A stretch of DNA of 64,000 nucleotides from Octopus sinensis (lineage: Eukaryota), in contig NW_021824838.1 in NCBI RefSeq assembly GCF_006345805.1, positions 2,721 through 66,720 on the forward strand. Reading direction: 5' to 3'. This document shows, one piece after another, positions 26,201-39,711 of the stretch; position 1 is the first letter of the stretch; every line of letters starts with the position of its first letter. The notes under the pieces are model-generated. The model was not told where the DNA came from. It saw only the letters and a list, made by a program, of their open reading frames with translations, and ran no database searches. The translations under genes and the position numbers were made by a program.

Positions 26201-29166
26201 GTGAACAAGCTACTCACTACGTTTTGTCCCGGAAAACACATCCCGTTTGTTGACAAATGGTGTGTATATATTTAGATCAACTCGCAGCGCCAGCGGACAC
26301 CTTTTTAGCTTCGATTTTCTTATTGTGACGAGAGGTAATGGTCGGATAGTAATCTATGTTTTAAAAAATATTCTATGAAAGACAGTTTCAATAAATGATG
26401 AAAATATTGTGAGATGAAAGCATTTCGGAGTAGTTATCTTCTCTTCGGTCACGGACACCAGGTGGAGTTATTGAGTCACAATAACCAAGATGATTATTTT
26501 TGAAGGATTAAGAGACCTCTTTTACTTGTTTCAGTCATTTGACTGAGGCCATGCTGGAGCACCGCCTTTGGTCGAGCAAATCGACCCCAGGACTTATTCT
26601 TTGTAAGCCCAGTACTTATTCTATCGGTCTCTTTTGCCGAACCGCTAAGTGACGGGGACGTAAACACACCAGCATCGGTTGTCAAGCAATGCTAGGGGGA
26701 CAAACACAGGCACACAAACATATTCACACACACTTATATATATATACATATATACGACAGGCTTCTTTCAGTTTCTGTCTACCAAATCCACTCACAAGGC
26801 ATTGGTCGGCCCGGGGCTATAGTAGAAGACACTTGCCCAAGATGCCACGCAGTGGGACTGAACCCGAACCATGCGGTTGGTTAGCAAGCTACTTACCACA
26901 CAGCCACTCCTGCGCCTTATCTTCCTTGATACAAATAATTTTCTGCTATAAGAAGTTAGCTAAACTGAAGTCGGCGAATTTAAATCCTCTGTATTTTTCT
27001 GTATAAGAAAAATAAATAAAAAATGTTCTCGAAACACATGTTCTCCTGCATCTGTTGCCTTTTCATTTGTTTTCTTTTTGTTTTTATTTATTGTAGACTT
27101 GGTGTGGATGATGAGGTTCTGAAACCGGTCCTGAAAGGAGAAACGCTGGAAGATTTGATCAAGAAAAAACGACTATTTTATACAGATTTGGATATTTTGG
27201 AAGGTATTACACATAGAGAAGATTTAGATGTAAGCTCATGTTCAATCAGTTTTACGTCAATTTATCTATGCTAACTTGGGTTAGAAGAATACATGTTACT
27301 GATACAATGTTTTACAGACAGTTGTCCAGTTGTTCGTATCGCTGGTTCTTATTTGCTTTCTAAGTCCGCAGAGCCAGCGGACAATATATTGACATAGAAA
27401 TAGTAACAAACGCCCTGAAATTGACCTTGGAATACCCAAGGTGTTTGGAGGAGATGAAATAAAATCGAAACACCGGTGTCTGACGATTCGCCGGCGACAT
27501 TCTGAGCGAATCCTATGATTTTTAATACACAGTTTTCTTTGAGAAATTTGTCCGAGGTAAAACATTATACATAGCGCCGTTCCGGTTATGAATGTGTATT
27601 ACATTACAAACACACATACACACAACGTTATATATACCTATTTCTTTACTACTCACAAGGGGCTAAACACAGAGAGAACAAACAAGGACAGACACACGGA
27701 TTAAGTCTATTATATCGACCCCAGTGTGTAACTGGTACTTATTTAATCGACCCCGAAAGGATGAAAGGCAAAGTCGCCCTCGGCGGAATTTGAACTCAGA
27801 ACGTAGCGACAGACGAAATGCGGCCACGCATTTCGCCCGGCGTGCTAACGGTTCTGCCAGCTCGCCGCCTTCTTCTATATACCGATATACGTGCATGAGA
27901 GTATGTGTGAATATATATTCTGATCCTTTATGAAGCAAAAATTTCAAGGTTCCCTTGTTAATTCCATTTTGATGTGAATCTATTCATGAACACCCAACTC
28001 ATAGAAATTGTATTTTCTACCAAAATAAGAAGAGTTAAGGCTGGATCTCATCTTCTACTTTCGTTCCAATCTCCCAAATCTATTCATTGATTGAGATTTT
28101 GATTGTTATTCACTTGGCATAATTAATTACAGATGTGTGTTCCAATTGCGTTATTTATGCTGAATTCCAAAGACGATTTGGTGCCAATTGCCATACAGCT
28201 GCAGCAGCAAAAGGGACCAGATAATCCTGTAAGAATTTTCTAGAATATTTTCTTGTAACCAAATGTATATTTTATTTAAATTTAGTGAATTATTCTACGC
28301 CATGATTTTTTTTTTCTGTAAAACTCTGAGTATTTCAGTTTGGTGTAATTTTTACTGACACCAGATGTTTATAATGATGATTATTGGTTAATCAGTCTTC
28401 CAGTTATTTGATTGACGGAAACATCCGATTCACTGCATTGTGCTGTCAGTGGTTGTGTATTCCGCAGACATCTGTGTTTGCGTAAGAAAGACGCGTTATC
28501 AGGTATTCCTTCAGCCAGACGTGGAAGGGTCGGTTTAGTAGTCGTCACACGTGGAACGCCTCCACCGGTTTCTGCTCAGACATATTTGCAGACGCTTGCA
28601 GACTCTTGTGGTGCGGATGGGACATTTCGTTAAAGTGCAAGAGTGTTATTCTACGTAGGGGTCTCTTCGTTGACAAAATAATCGTTCCACCAAAATTTTC
28701 TCCCATTCCTTCTCTTTGTTTCCCTACCTCCCGCCTCTCCTCCCTCTGTTTTCTCTCTTACACACACACATACACGCACACTCACTCACTCACACACACA
28801 CACACACACACACAACACACACACACACTGTCTCTCTCTCTACACGTGTGTCTACTTGCCAATCAGACTTCGTCTCCATCCAGTATCTCTCCCTTCGTTT
28901 CCAATACACTAAACTCATTCTCGTTCTCCATGTTTGCTTGACACTGTCGCTCTGCCTGTCTGTCTACCTGCTTGCCTGCCTGCCTTTTTTCCGATGGCCG
29001 CATAACTGAAAAGATGGCGGCGTGGAATTCCACCTCGGCATCCAAAACTCGGAGTTTTATCTTGGCTACCGAATAATTGTCACATATATTCACTGATAAA
29101 TTCCTCTATTTACATAATATCGAGGTCTCTTTCTTTCTTTTGTTGTCTTATCATTTCTATCAATAT

Positions 29167-29215
<49 letters not shown>

Positions 29216-32200
29216 AACGTGTGTATATATGTGAAATACTATTTCTTGTCTGTAACAATATATATTCGTCTAATTGGATTCATGTTATTTATTTTTTCTT
29301 TAGATATTTCTTCCTACGGACGATCATTACGTTTGGACTCTTGCTAAAATGTGGTATAATCTGGCTGATTCCAGTTTCCACCAGTCTCTTGTGCACTTGG
29401 GTATTATTATTATTATTATTATTGATTATTATATTATTAATTATTATTATTGGCGAGTTGGCAGAAACGTTAGCACGCTGGGCGAAATGCGTAGCCGTAT
29501 TTCGTCTGCCGCTACGTTCTGAGTTCAAATTCCTCCGAGGTCGACTTTGCCTTTCATCCTTTCGGGGTCGATAAATTAAGTACCAGTTACCCACTGGGGT
29601 CGATATAATCGACTTAATCCGTGTGTCTGTCCTTGTTTGTCCCCTCTGTGTTTAGCCCCTTGTGGGAAGTAAAGAAATAAGTATTTCGTCCGTGGAAAGT
29701 TTAATACTAGATGTTTCTGAAAGGGTCCTATGAATGCCTGAGGAGATTCTATCTTGACACCCGTTTCAGGAATAGGGTTGGATATGATGGATAGTTTGAA
29801 CAAAGTTTATGGCCTTCTTCTCTTACAACTCGGCCTATTGTACTGATATCTGTTTCAAATTTTGGCACAAGGCCAGCAATTTCGGGTAGGGGTAAGTCGA
29901 TTACATCAATTCCTATGCTTGACCGGCACTGACTTATTTTATCGACCCCGAAAGGGATGAAAAGCAAAGTCGACCTCGGCGGAATTTGAACTCAGAAAGC
30001 TATTGCGCTAATATTACAAAATATTGTATTAACAGTAACTTATCACAGAAATATAGATAAATAATCAACATTAGCAGATTAAGAAGATTAAGAAGTTTTT
30101 TTCTATTTTGTAGGCTTGACTCATTTATTAATGGAAGGGGTTATTCTTGCCATGCACAGAAATATATCCGTGTCTCATCCTCTCTACAAGCTATTGGCAC
30201 CTCACACACTATTCCTTTTGGCAATCAACAGGTAAGTTTCTTTCTCTTCTCAGCTCAGCGATCTAAATCTAAAGTTAAGAGACAGCTAACATTAGCAATT
30301 TAGTGAGACAAAACAATTTTTAATTAACCGAAATTATACTCGTAGTGATGCAGTACGACCGTTTTAAGCGGTTCCGTTTAATTGAGCAATGCAATCATTA
30401 CACCAATTTAAACGCAGTGCCATCTTCAGCTGCACAAATAAATAAATAGAATTTTAACCAGTTGGACACATTGATATAATTTTCTCAAATACTTTAACAG
30501 AGCAAGAAGGTGGAAAAAATTCATTTTGTCGCTATTGTAGCTAAGACTAGACTACACTTCCAAGAATCGTATGAAGCCCATTGGAGTCATAGCTTGTAAA
30601 GGATTGTGATCCATTTCTTTTAGAATAAAGGACAAGAGTGAGTTGACAGCTCATGGCTAGGAATGGTCATAAATATTGTTCTATGTATCCCTTTTCCTCA
30701 GGGAGGAAAGAAAACATTAGTAGTAGTCAAATGGATATAAATAACTGTCTATAAAAAGAGGCTGGGTAGGAGAAGACTTTAAATCATGATGTTAATTACC
30801 AGTTAAAGGGGCAAGACGCTAAGAAACCTAAGATGTTAATATAGAGAAAATTTTATCTATTCTTAGCTACAATAGCGACAACATGAATTTCTTCCATCTT
30901 CTTGCTCTGTTAAAGTATTTGAGAAAAATTATATTAATGTGTCCGACTGGTTAAAATTCCATTTATTTATTTGTGCAGCTGAAGATAGCATTGTATTTAA
31001 ATTGAAGTAATGATTGCATTGTTCTATTAAATGGAACCGTTTGAAACGGTCGTACTGCATCACTACTTGATGTCCTGTTGCTTATTTTGTTTTTACTCAC
31101 CTTACTTCGAGGTGTGCGGATAATACCGGACTGACTTCGTGCTTCAACTTAAGTACCTAATTCAACTGAATCTTAATTATTTCTCTATATATATATCATT
31201 ATCATCATCATCATCATCATCATCATCATCGTTTAACGTCTGTTTTCCGTGCTGGTATGGGTTGGGCAGTTTGACAGGAGTTGTCAAGACTCCAATTGTC
31301 TGTTGTGGCATGGTTTCTGCGTTTGGGTGCCTTCCCAGCGCCAACAACTTTACAAAGTGTGCTGAATGCCTTTTACGTGTGTGTGTGTGTGTGTGAGTAA
31401 GTGTGTGTGTGTGTGTATTATTTGATGTGCAATTAAGCGTAATAAATATTGGATGCGACATTTTAAAAGCGATGAACAATTGAACGTTTGTAATTTTAGT
31501 CGAGGATTCAAAAAGCTGGTGTCACCTGGCGGCTGGGTTGACAAGACGATGACCATTGGAATAGACGGAATGTTTCAACTGATATATAAAGGGTAAGTTC
31601 ATTTCTACATTATGTGTGTGGTGGGGAGTTGAAGTTTCACAAAACGTCACAAGAATTTCACATTGCTAATCTTTTTACAATTTTTGCAAACTGCAACAGG
31701 CAATAAATTTATGCTCAAAATTGAGAAAGCAAAGTTCAAATCGGTTAATAATTATAACTGAGAAACTTCGTAATGTTGATATCCATTTCAGAAATATCGT
31801 TTTAATTTGATGAGTCTTGTCTACGAAACTACTGTTTTCTAATGCATTATAATAATACACAACGTTATAAAAGGAAGTCTTACCACTGACATTGGGTAAG
31901 TTTCTGTGAATGTTACTCAGAATCTGGAGAATTACTGAGCTTGTATCGTAGGAAAGCTGCCAATCGACGTTTTTGTCGTAACAAAGCTGATATTTGTACG
32001 GAATTACGACGCTAATATTGTAACGAAGTTGTTATTTTTGAGAAGCACCAGGATAGTATAGTAACGAAGTAGTTATCTTTTAGGGAGTACTAGCAGTATC
32101 GCCCGGCGTTGCTCGGGTTTGTTTCGACCCTTTAGAATTGGAAGTTTTAAAAAGTAAAAATTTTGCATTATGTAGCTTGTTATTCTCTTTAAGTGAACAT

Positions 32201-32466
32201 TTTTCTGGTTGAAATACACTGAAAAATGGCGACACAGCAGTAAAAAAAATCGTAAAACATAGGGATTTTCATAGAAAAAAAGCACCTTTTTGATGTAAAT
32301 AATTTTTGGTGTTAACATGGTCCGATTTGAATGTTTTTCTTCTACGGAATGAAGAGCAAGCCTTCTTCTATCATACTCTCAATTTTGGTCAACTTGCACC
32401 GCAGGGTCTCGGAGGAGATAGTGTTAGTTGAAGGCTACCAAACCTGCCATACACAGACAACCTCAG

Positions 32467-32508
<42 letters not shown>

Positions 32509-35500
32509 CGCTTGTGTTGCAAGGAAGCAGTAATTTTTTTAGCAGTATTACGTCAGGATCATAATAAAGCTATCATTTCTAAATAGGACCACAGTTTCGT
32601 AATGAAGCTGTCAATTTTGAAAAGCATTACGCTATTATTGTAACGACGAAGTTTCATTTTTGAGGAGTACTACGCTTGAATTGCAACGAAGTTTCCGATT
32701 TCGAAGAGTACCACTTTAGTACCGTTATGAATTCTGAGGAGTAGCACATTAGTATCGTTATGAAGATGAAACGAACGTCTTCATTTGGAGTCATTTTTAA
32801 AAAAAATAACCCCCCCCCATTGTTTTGTCCATTACAAATTAAAGTAATCAATCGATATTGTCACGAAACCTTATATCTTGGCATTTATCTGTTTTATTTA
32901 AGAATCAGAAATACTAAATCAACTTAAGCAGATAAGGCCGAAAATGTCGCTAGAAGCTGGGATCACCAAGCTTAGATTAGCATATTTCGGTCATATTATG
33001 CGGAGAGAATCCCTGGAGAAGGACATCATGCTCAGAATGGTCAGTGGCAAGAGAGGAAGAGGCCGACCAAGAACCCGCTGGCTTGACATCATCAGGGGTG
33101 ATACCGGAATGGACATGGCCAGTCTGAAGGAAGCGGCCCAGGATAGAACTGACTGGAGGACACTGATCCAACGAGTGACCGAGAGTCGACTTCGACTGAG
33201 CGGTTAGAGAGAGAGAAATCAACTTTACTTTTTGTTACATAGAAAAATAAGAAAATTCTAGAAACTTTTGATGTGAAAACGCGATACAAAAATCGTTGAA
33301 AGAACAGGATACACGAACGAATGAACTTGTCATAAAGGAGAAGTCGTTCTTCAATGACGAAACATAAAAGCGATTAGCATATTCACGCTCGAATCAGCCG
33401 GAATGTATTAAGAATGAATACGCGAATCATAATTTTCACCTTCGCTGCTCACCGTAAATTATGATTTATCATTGGTTAGGAGATATCAGTGCGTATCAGC
33501 AGAGAAATTATTTATTAAATTTATGAACGAGAGCCACAAACTCTTGTTAGGTTCATTAGTGAAGGTAGCTGTGACTGAGGAAACACAAGTATACCGAAAC
33601 ACCGGGTGTCCCAACGTCTCCTTTTGCTAATGAATTGAGTGTATTCTGAACCCACATTCGTTTGAAAGGAGATGTTGTTCTCTTGTGGCGAAACATAACA
33701 GCGATTAGCATATTCGCGTTCGAATCTGCCGGAACGTGTTTAAAATAAATATGCAATGAATATACAAGTCGCCATTTTGATTCTCGTTCTTCACCGCGTA
33801 CAAAAGGATTTCTTTTTAAAGGAATAAATTGCAAGGGGAGAGTTTTTAATGTGTCGGGCAGACCTTTTCGTCGTCGTCGTCGTCGGAGAGAGAGAGAGAG
33901 GAAGAGGGAGAGACAGACAGAGAAAGAGAGACAGAGAAATAGGGAGAGAGAGAAAGAGAAACAGGGAGAGAGAAAGAGAGAGAAAGAAAGAGGGAGAGTG
34001 AGAGAAAGAAAGAGAGAGAGAGAAAGAGGGAGAGAGAGAGATATGAAACATCAACTGATATTGATGGATAAATAAACTGAGGTTAGTGAAAATAAACAAG
34101 GGCAGGAATAAGGGTGATGCAAGGAAAATGTTGGAGGAGAAAGAAAGCGATCAGAACGAGGCTGTTCAGAGTGACAAGAACACAACAAAATTTAAGTTGA
34201 AATTCTTCATGCGGTCACTCGATCTCCTAGAAATAGCAGTCAAATCTCACTTAAATCACTCTACCCAGCAGAAGTCCATCAGCGACACCACAATGCAATT
34301 TCTACGTCACAGATTTTACTTAGTTAGTGGACCACAGATCCCACTTGGTTAGTGGGCCGCAGTCAGTAGTAAAAGACGCTTACCCAAGCTGTCGCACAGA
34401 ACGATCGAACCTGAAGCTTCAAGCGAACTTTTTAATTACATCAGTAAACATCTGCTTAGATCTATAGATACAAACATAAATGTCTATTGGTTTTCGATTG
34501 TTTCACTGTTACACATTTATATATGATAGATCGTTAGCTACTACACACATTTTTTTCTCTCCTTGTTTTTTCTGTATCCCTTTCTGTAGAAGAGCATAGG
34601 CTCGAAACGCAAAAGACTTTTTCTATTCCCGAGCGTTATACTAATACATGTTTGTTTTGTACACCAACTGTCTTTGTCTTTTGTTTTTTTCGTAAACTCT
34701 CCATATATATATATGTATATATATTTTAGTGTACAACTTTGGGATTTTTCAATCGATGGAAATCTTCCAAAAGAATTTGCCAGAAGAAAGGTAAGTAATT
34801 CTCTTAATATATAGCTAACCCTTTTAATATATTGGGGGAACGGGATACCATTTAAATATTTTCTCTTCAATTGGTTCTTATTAAACCATTCCAAGGAAAC
34901 CTATTCAACTCTAGGGTCGAGAAGTTGAAAAACTTTGTCAGGACTGCAAACTTATGAGACACTCGTCAGGTATATGGTGCTCCTGCTTACACCTGTAGAA
35001 ATACATTTATCCTCGTTTATCGCTGATTCATTTATCACTGATCAAGGATAACATAGAAAGCTTAATTGTTAACTGTGTGTTACGCTTATCAAGGGTCGGC
35101 AATCATTCAAAGATTCTGCTTGGACCCCAAAAGCGTGCCCCCACGATCATCCACTATACAGTTTGGGGTCCGGGAACGAAACATGTCTTCCCGACATACT
35201 CTTCTTTTCATTTCTCAGATTCATTTAATACGGTGGTATTTTTTGGATCCAGACACCCGTGATAAACGAGTATCAATGTATTCTTGAAATTAAGTTGTTG
35301 AAGTGACAAGATATGACATCAGAATTTTAGGTAAATAGATCGATAATGAGTTATCGATTTTTCCGGTCGGGATTTTTTCAGTCTGGAAAAATAAATTATT
35401 TTTGGTATTAAGGTATTATCTTTATAAAACCAGAATTATTTGAGATGTAATTGTATTGACAGTTAGCGTCAACCCATTGTGTGTGTGTGTGTGTGTGTTT

Positions 35501-35936
35501 GTCTCTGTGTGTACGTGTGTGTTTGTCTGCGTGTATATGTGTGTATGTCTGTCTGTATGTGTGTGTGTATGTCTGTCTCTGTGTGTACGTGTTTGCCTGA
35601 CTCTGAGTGTATATGTGTATATGTCTGTCTGTATGTATGTATGTATGTGTGTCTGTCTCTATATGTGTGTATCTATCTGTGTGTATATGAGTGTGTGTAT
35701 ATATGTGCGTGAAGTGTGTCTATGTGCGTCTGTGTGTATGTATCTGTATCTGTCTCTGCATGTGTGTGTCTGTCTTGTACGTGTGTGTGTGTGTGTCTGC
35801 GTGTGTGTATGTATGAATATATGTTTGTGTGTATGCATGTGTGTCTGTCTTTGTACATGTATGAGAATGTGTATCTATGTCTGTCTGTCTCTGTCTCTCT
35901 GTCTTTATGTATGTGTGTATCTGTCTATGTATGTAC

Positions 35937-35972
<36 letters not shown>

Positions 35973-37304
35973 CTGTATGAATATATGTTTGTGCGTATGC
36001 ATGTGTGTCTGTCTCTGTGCGTGTATGAGAATGTGTATCTATGTCTGTCTGTCTCTGTCTCTCTGTCTTTATGTATGTGTGTATCTGTCTATGTATGTAC
36101 GTGTGTGCATATGTGTGTGCGCACACGTGTGTGTGTGTGTGTGTGTCTATGTCTGTCTATCTGTAAAAGCCAGTTCATTTGGTAGCCACATGCTGTCAGC
36201 ATTGATGGATTATATTTATGAATGTATTGTAGAAACAAACAAATAAATCAAATTATTAGCAACCAGAGAATTATTGAATGCAATTAATTGGAATACAAAG
36301 TCTCAGTGTTGTTTTCAAAAGTCCAATTTTCTCACAAAGCTTGTATCACCTTGAGTTTATGGTTTATGTGTGTGTATAATGCATTTATAAATTAGTGACA
36401 TGATGCGTAACCTTAATAGAAAAGCTAAATTTTTATCCAACACTACGTGTTTAATTAAACTGGATTTCTTCAGAAACTAACTCATCAGCGTATCTTTCTG
36501 ACACTGCCAAACTGAACAACGTCATCACAAAGTGTCGAAATTGTAATGACACTTGGTGGAAAAATGATGAGAATTTGAGCGTGACTACTACGTCCGTTGT
36601 GCTTTTTCTTTGTTTTTCCTGTAAATCCCATTGTAAACCCGTCTAACACTTTTCTCTAAGCTGTGGTAGGCGTTTCTGAAAGCATTGTATTTATATGGAC
36701 TAAAATTAAGGGCCTCACTAAATCTTTGAATCTGATTTGCATAATTAAGGCTTTAGTGGCTGCTGCTAGCTTAGTTAATTAATTATTGCTGAGATACGTG
36801 TGAGTTTTTGATGGGTTAATGAACATTAAAGTAGAATCAAGCTGTATTTAAGTGAATGTATCAATGTATCAATGTTGTAAGGTAGACATAGCATCAATTC
36901 AGACTGGCTTAACGCACCAATAATTTAGTAAAGGGACTTGTTGCTAACAATGTCACCACCACCACCACCACCACCACCAGTACCACCACCACCACCACCA
37001 CCACCACCAAATCCACCACCATCATCATCATCATCATCATCATCATTCTGTTGCCGACAATTGCCAGTTTCTAAGCAAGTTAATATTTTCTCAGGGCTAT
37101 ACATGTCGATTTCTTTTTACCGCGGATTTGAAACAAACAATATATGTACATATATATATATATATATGTACATATATATATATATTGGCCTGCTCGCTTA
37201 GCCAGCGGGGTGGCATCATCTGAAGGCTAAAAAACAATGCGAAGCGCATTGTGACCAGCGATGTGTAGCAACATCTGATAGCCTGGTCGGTCACGGTGAT
37301 CACG

Positions 37305-37340
<36 letters not shown>

Positions 37341-37400
37341 TTGGTATATATATATATATATTGGTTGGTATATATATATATATATATATATATTAGTTGG

Positions 37401-37440
<40 letters not shown>

Positions 37441-37976
37441 ATAGAGAGTGGTGAGTGAATTTAGAGGGTAGAAAATATACCGGAGCCTGCCATCTGCTTC
37501 CGTGTCTATGAATGCTTACATTCATAGGCAAAAGCTCAAATACAAACGGTGAAGTTTGTCACCATTCACTGTAAGCGAATACTCCGCCATTCCCGCTTTC
37601 GAAAACCCGTGGAATTAAAATTTCTCTTACTTTTATAACATAAAAGGGTTAGCAGTAGGAAGGGCATCCGGCTGTAAAGAACGTCTCAATAATAGGTATT
37701 CGCATGATCCATAACAGCCCGGAAAACGTGCATAGAACGAACGAATATAAGGGTGAAAGAGGTATGTGTAGATTAAGGGAGATATCGGCACGTATTAACA
37801 CGTATTAAACGACTTAAACTATGCTCAGTGGATACGCTTATCGTTCATTTCAGGTTGATGACCCGAACGTGTTACCCAAATACTATTTCAGAGACGATTC
37901 TCTGACCTTGTATAATTGTATACTGAAGTATGTATCCAGCTATATAGATGTCTACTACGGTGAGTATGTTTTTCTA

Positions 37977-38046
<70 letters not shown>

Positions 38047-38665
38047 GCACACACACACACACATACACACACACACACATACACACACACACAAATATAT
38101 ATACATATATACTCTTTACTCTTAACTCTTTTACTTTTTTTCAGTCATTTGACTGTGGCCATGCTGGAGCACCGCCTTTAGTCGAACAAATATCGCTCCC
38201 AGGACTTATTCTTTGTAAGCCTTGTACTTATTCTATCGGTCTCTTTTGCCGAACCGCTAAGTTATGGGGACTTAAACATACCAGCATCGGTTGTCAAGCG
38301 ATGTTGAGGGGACAAACACAGACACACAAACATATACACGCACATACATATACATATATATATACATACGACGGGCTTCTATTAGCATGCTATTAATTCT
38401 TTCTGAGGATAATATGTATATCCGAATATCTTATGTGATACCCACTCCATCAAGTCTTCTGTAACAATAATAATATTCTTTTTTTTTATGTATTCTTTTT
38501 TTCGCACTGAGGAGAATAGTAATATGTAATTAATTTAATTTTAATTAATTTATTTCTGTAGTGGGTATATAATAATATGTGAAATTTAAAGTCTGAAATT
38601 TAAAAGTCTGTTATCAGCATATTGGCATAGAAATAATTTTCTTTTGCTCTTGTTTATAAGTTGTT

Positions 38666-38704
<39 letters not shown>

Positions 38705-39667
38705 CGAATATCGCAGGAGTGGCTGTGTGGTAAGTAGCTTGCTTACCAACCACATGGTTCCGGGTTCAGTCCCACTGCGTGGCACCTTGGGCAAGTGTAT
38801 TCTACTATAGCCTCGGGCCGACCAAAGCCTTGTGAGTGGATTTGGTAGACGGAAACTGAAAGAAGCCCGTCGTATATATGTATATATATATGTGTGTGTG
38901 TGTTTGTGTGTCTGTGTTTGTCCCCCTAGCATTGCTTGACAACCGATGCTGGTGTGTTTATGTCCCCGTCACTTAGCGGTTCGGCAAAAGAGACCGATAG
39001 AATAAGTACTGGGCTTACAAAGAATAAGTCCCGGGGTCGAGTTGCTCGACTACTAAAGGCGGTGCTCCAGCATGGCCGCAGTCAAATGACTGAAACAAGT
39101 AAAAGAGTAATGAACTGATGTTTATGTTGAGCGCGGTTTAGTTGCTAGAGATATTCGGCTCAATCGTTTGCACGTTAACTTCATGAGCAGGCGGTTTCGT
39201 TTTATTGTATTCTTATTTCACCCCCGCTTTTGTTATAAAATATGTTACTAATTGCACTAATAATTACGATTTCAGGAGCTGACAAAGATGTTGTCGAAGA
39301 TTGGGAATTACAAAACTGGGCTGAATGTATCTCAAAGGAGCCCAAACCCGAAGACGGTGGCATCGGTATAAAGGTAATTGTTGCTTTTGTTTCATCGCCT
39401 GTCAGCCGTGGTAGGACGGACTAATTAAGAAAGTATTTCAGCCATGAAAATTTAGTGTTTTTCAGTCGTGCAAAGTACAGTCAACCATGAAACTCTTGAG
39501 CGAGTATTGTTTGATGAGAGGATAGTAGCATGTACCATGCTTTCGGTAATTTTTTAAAGTGCTTGTCTAGTCGCAAGAGCATCCTTACTGCTCCATCGCC
39601 CGTGACCAAGCGTATTGTATCGTACAGGATGTGACAGCCAGAAAGAAAGAACGAGAGAGAGAGAGAG

Positions 39668-39711
<44 letters not shown>

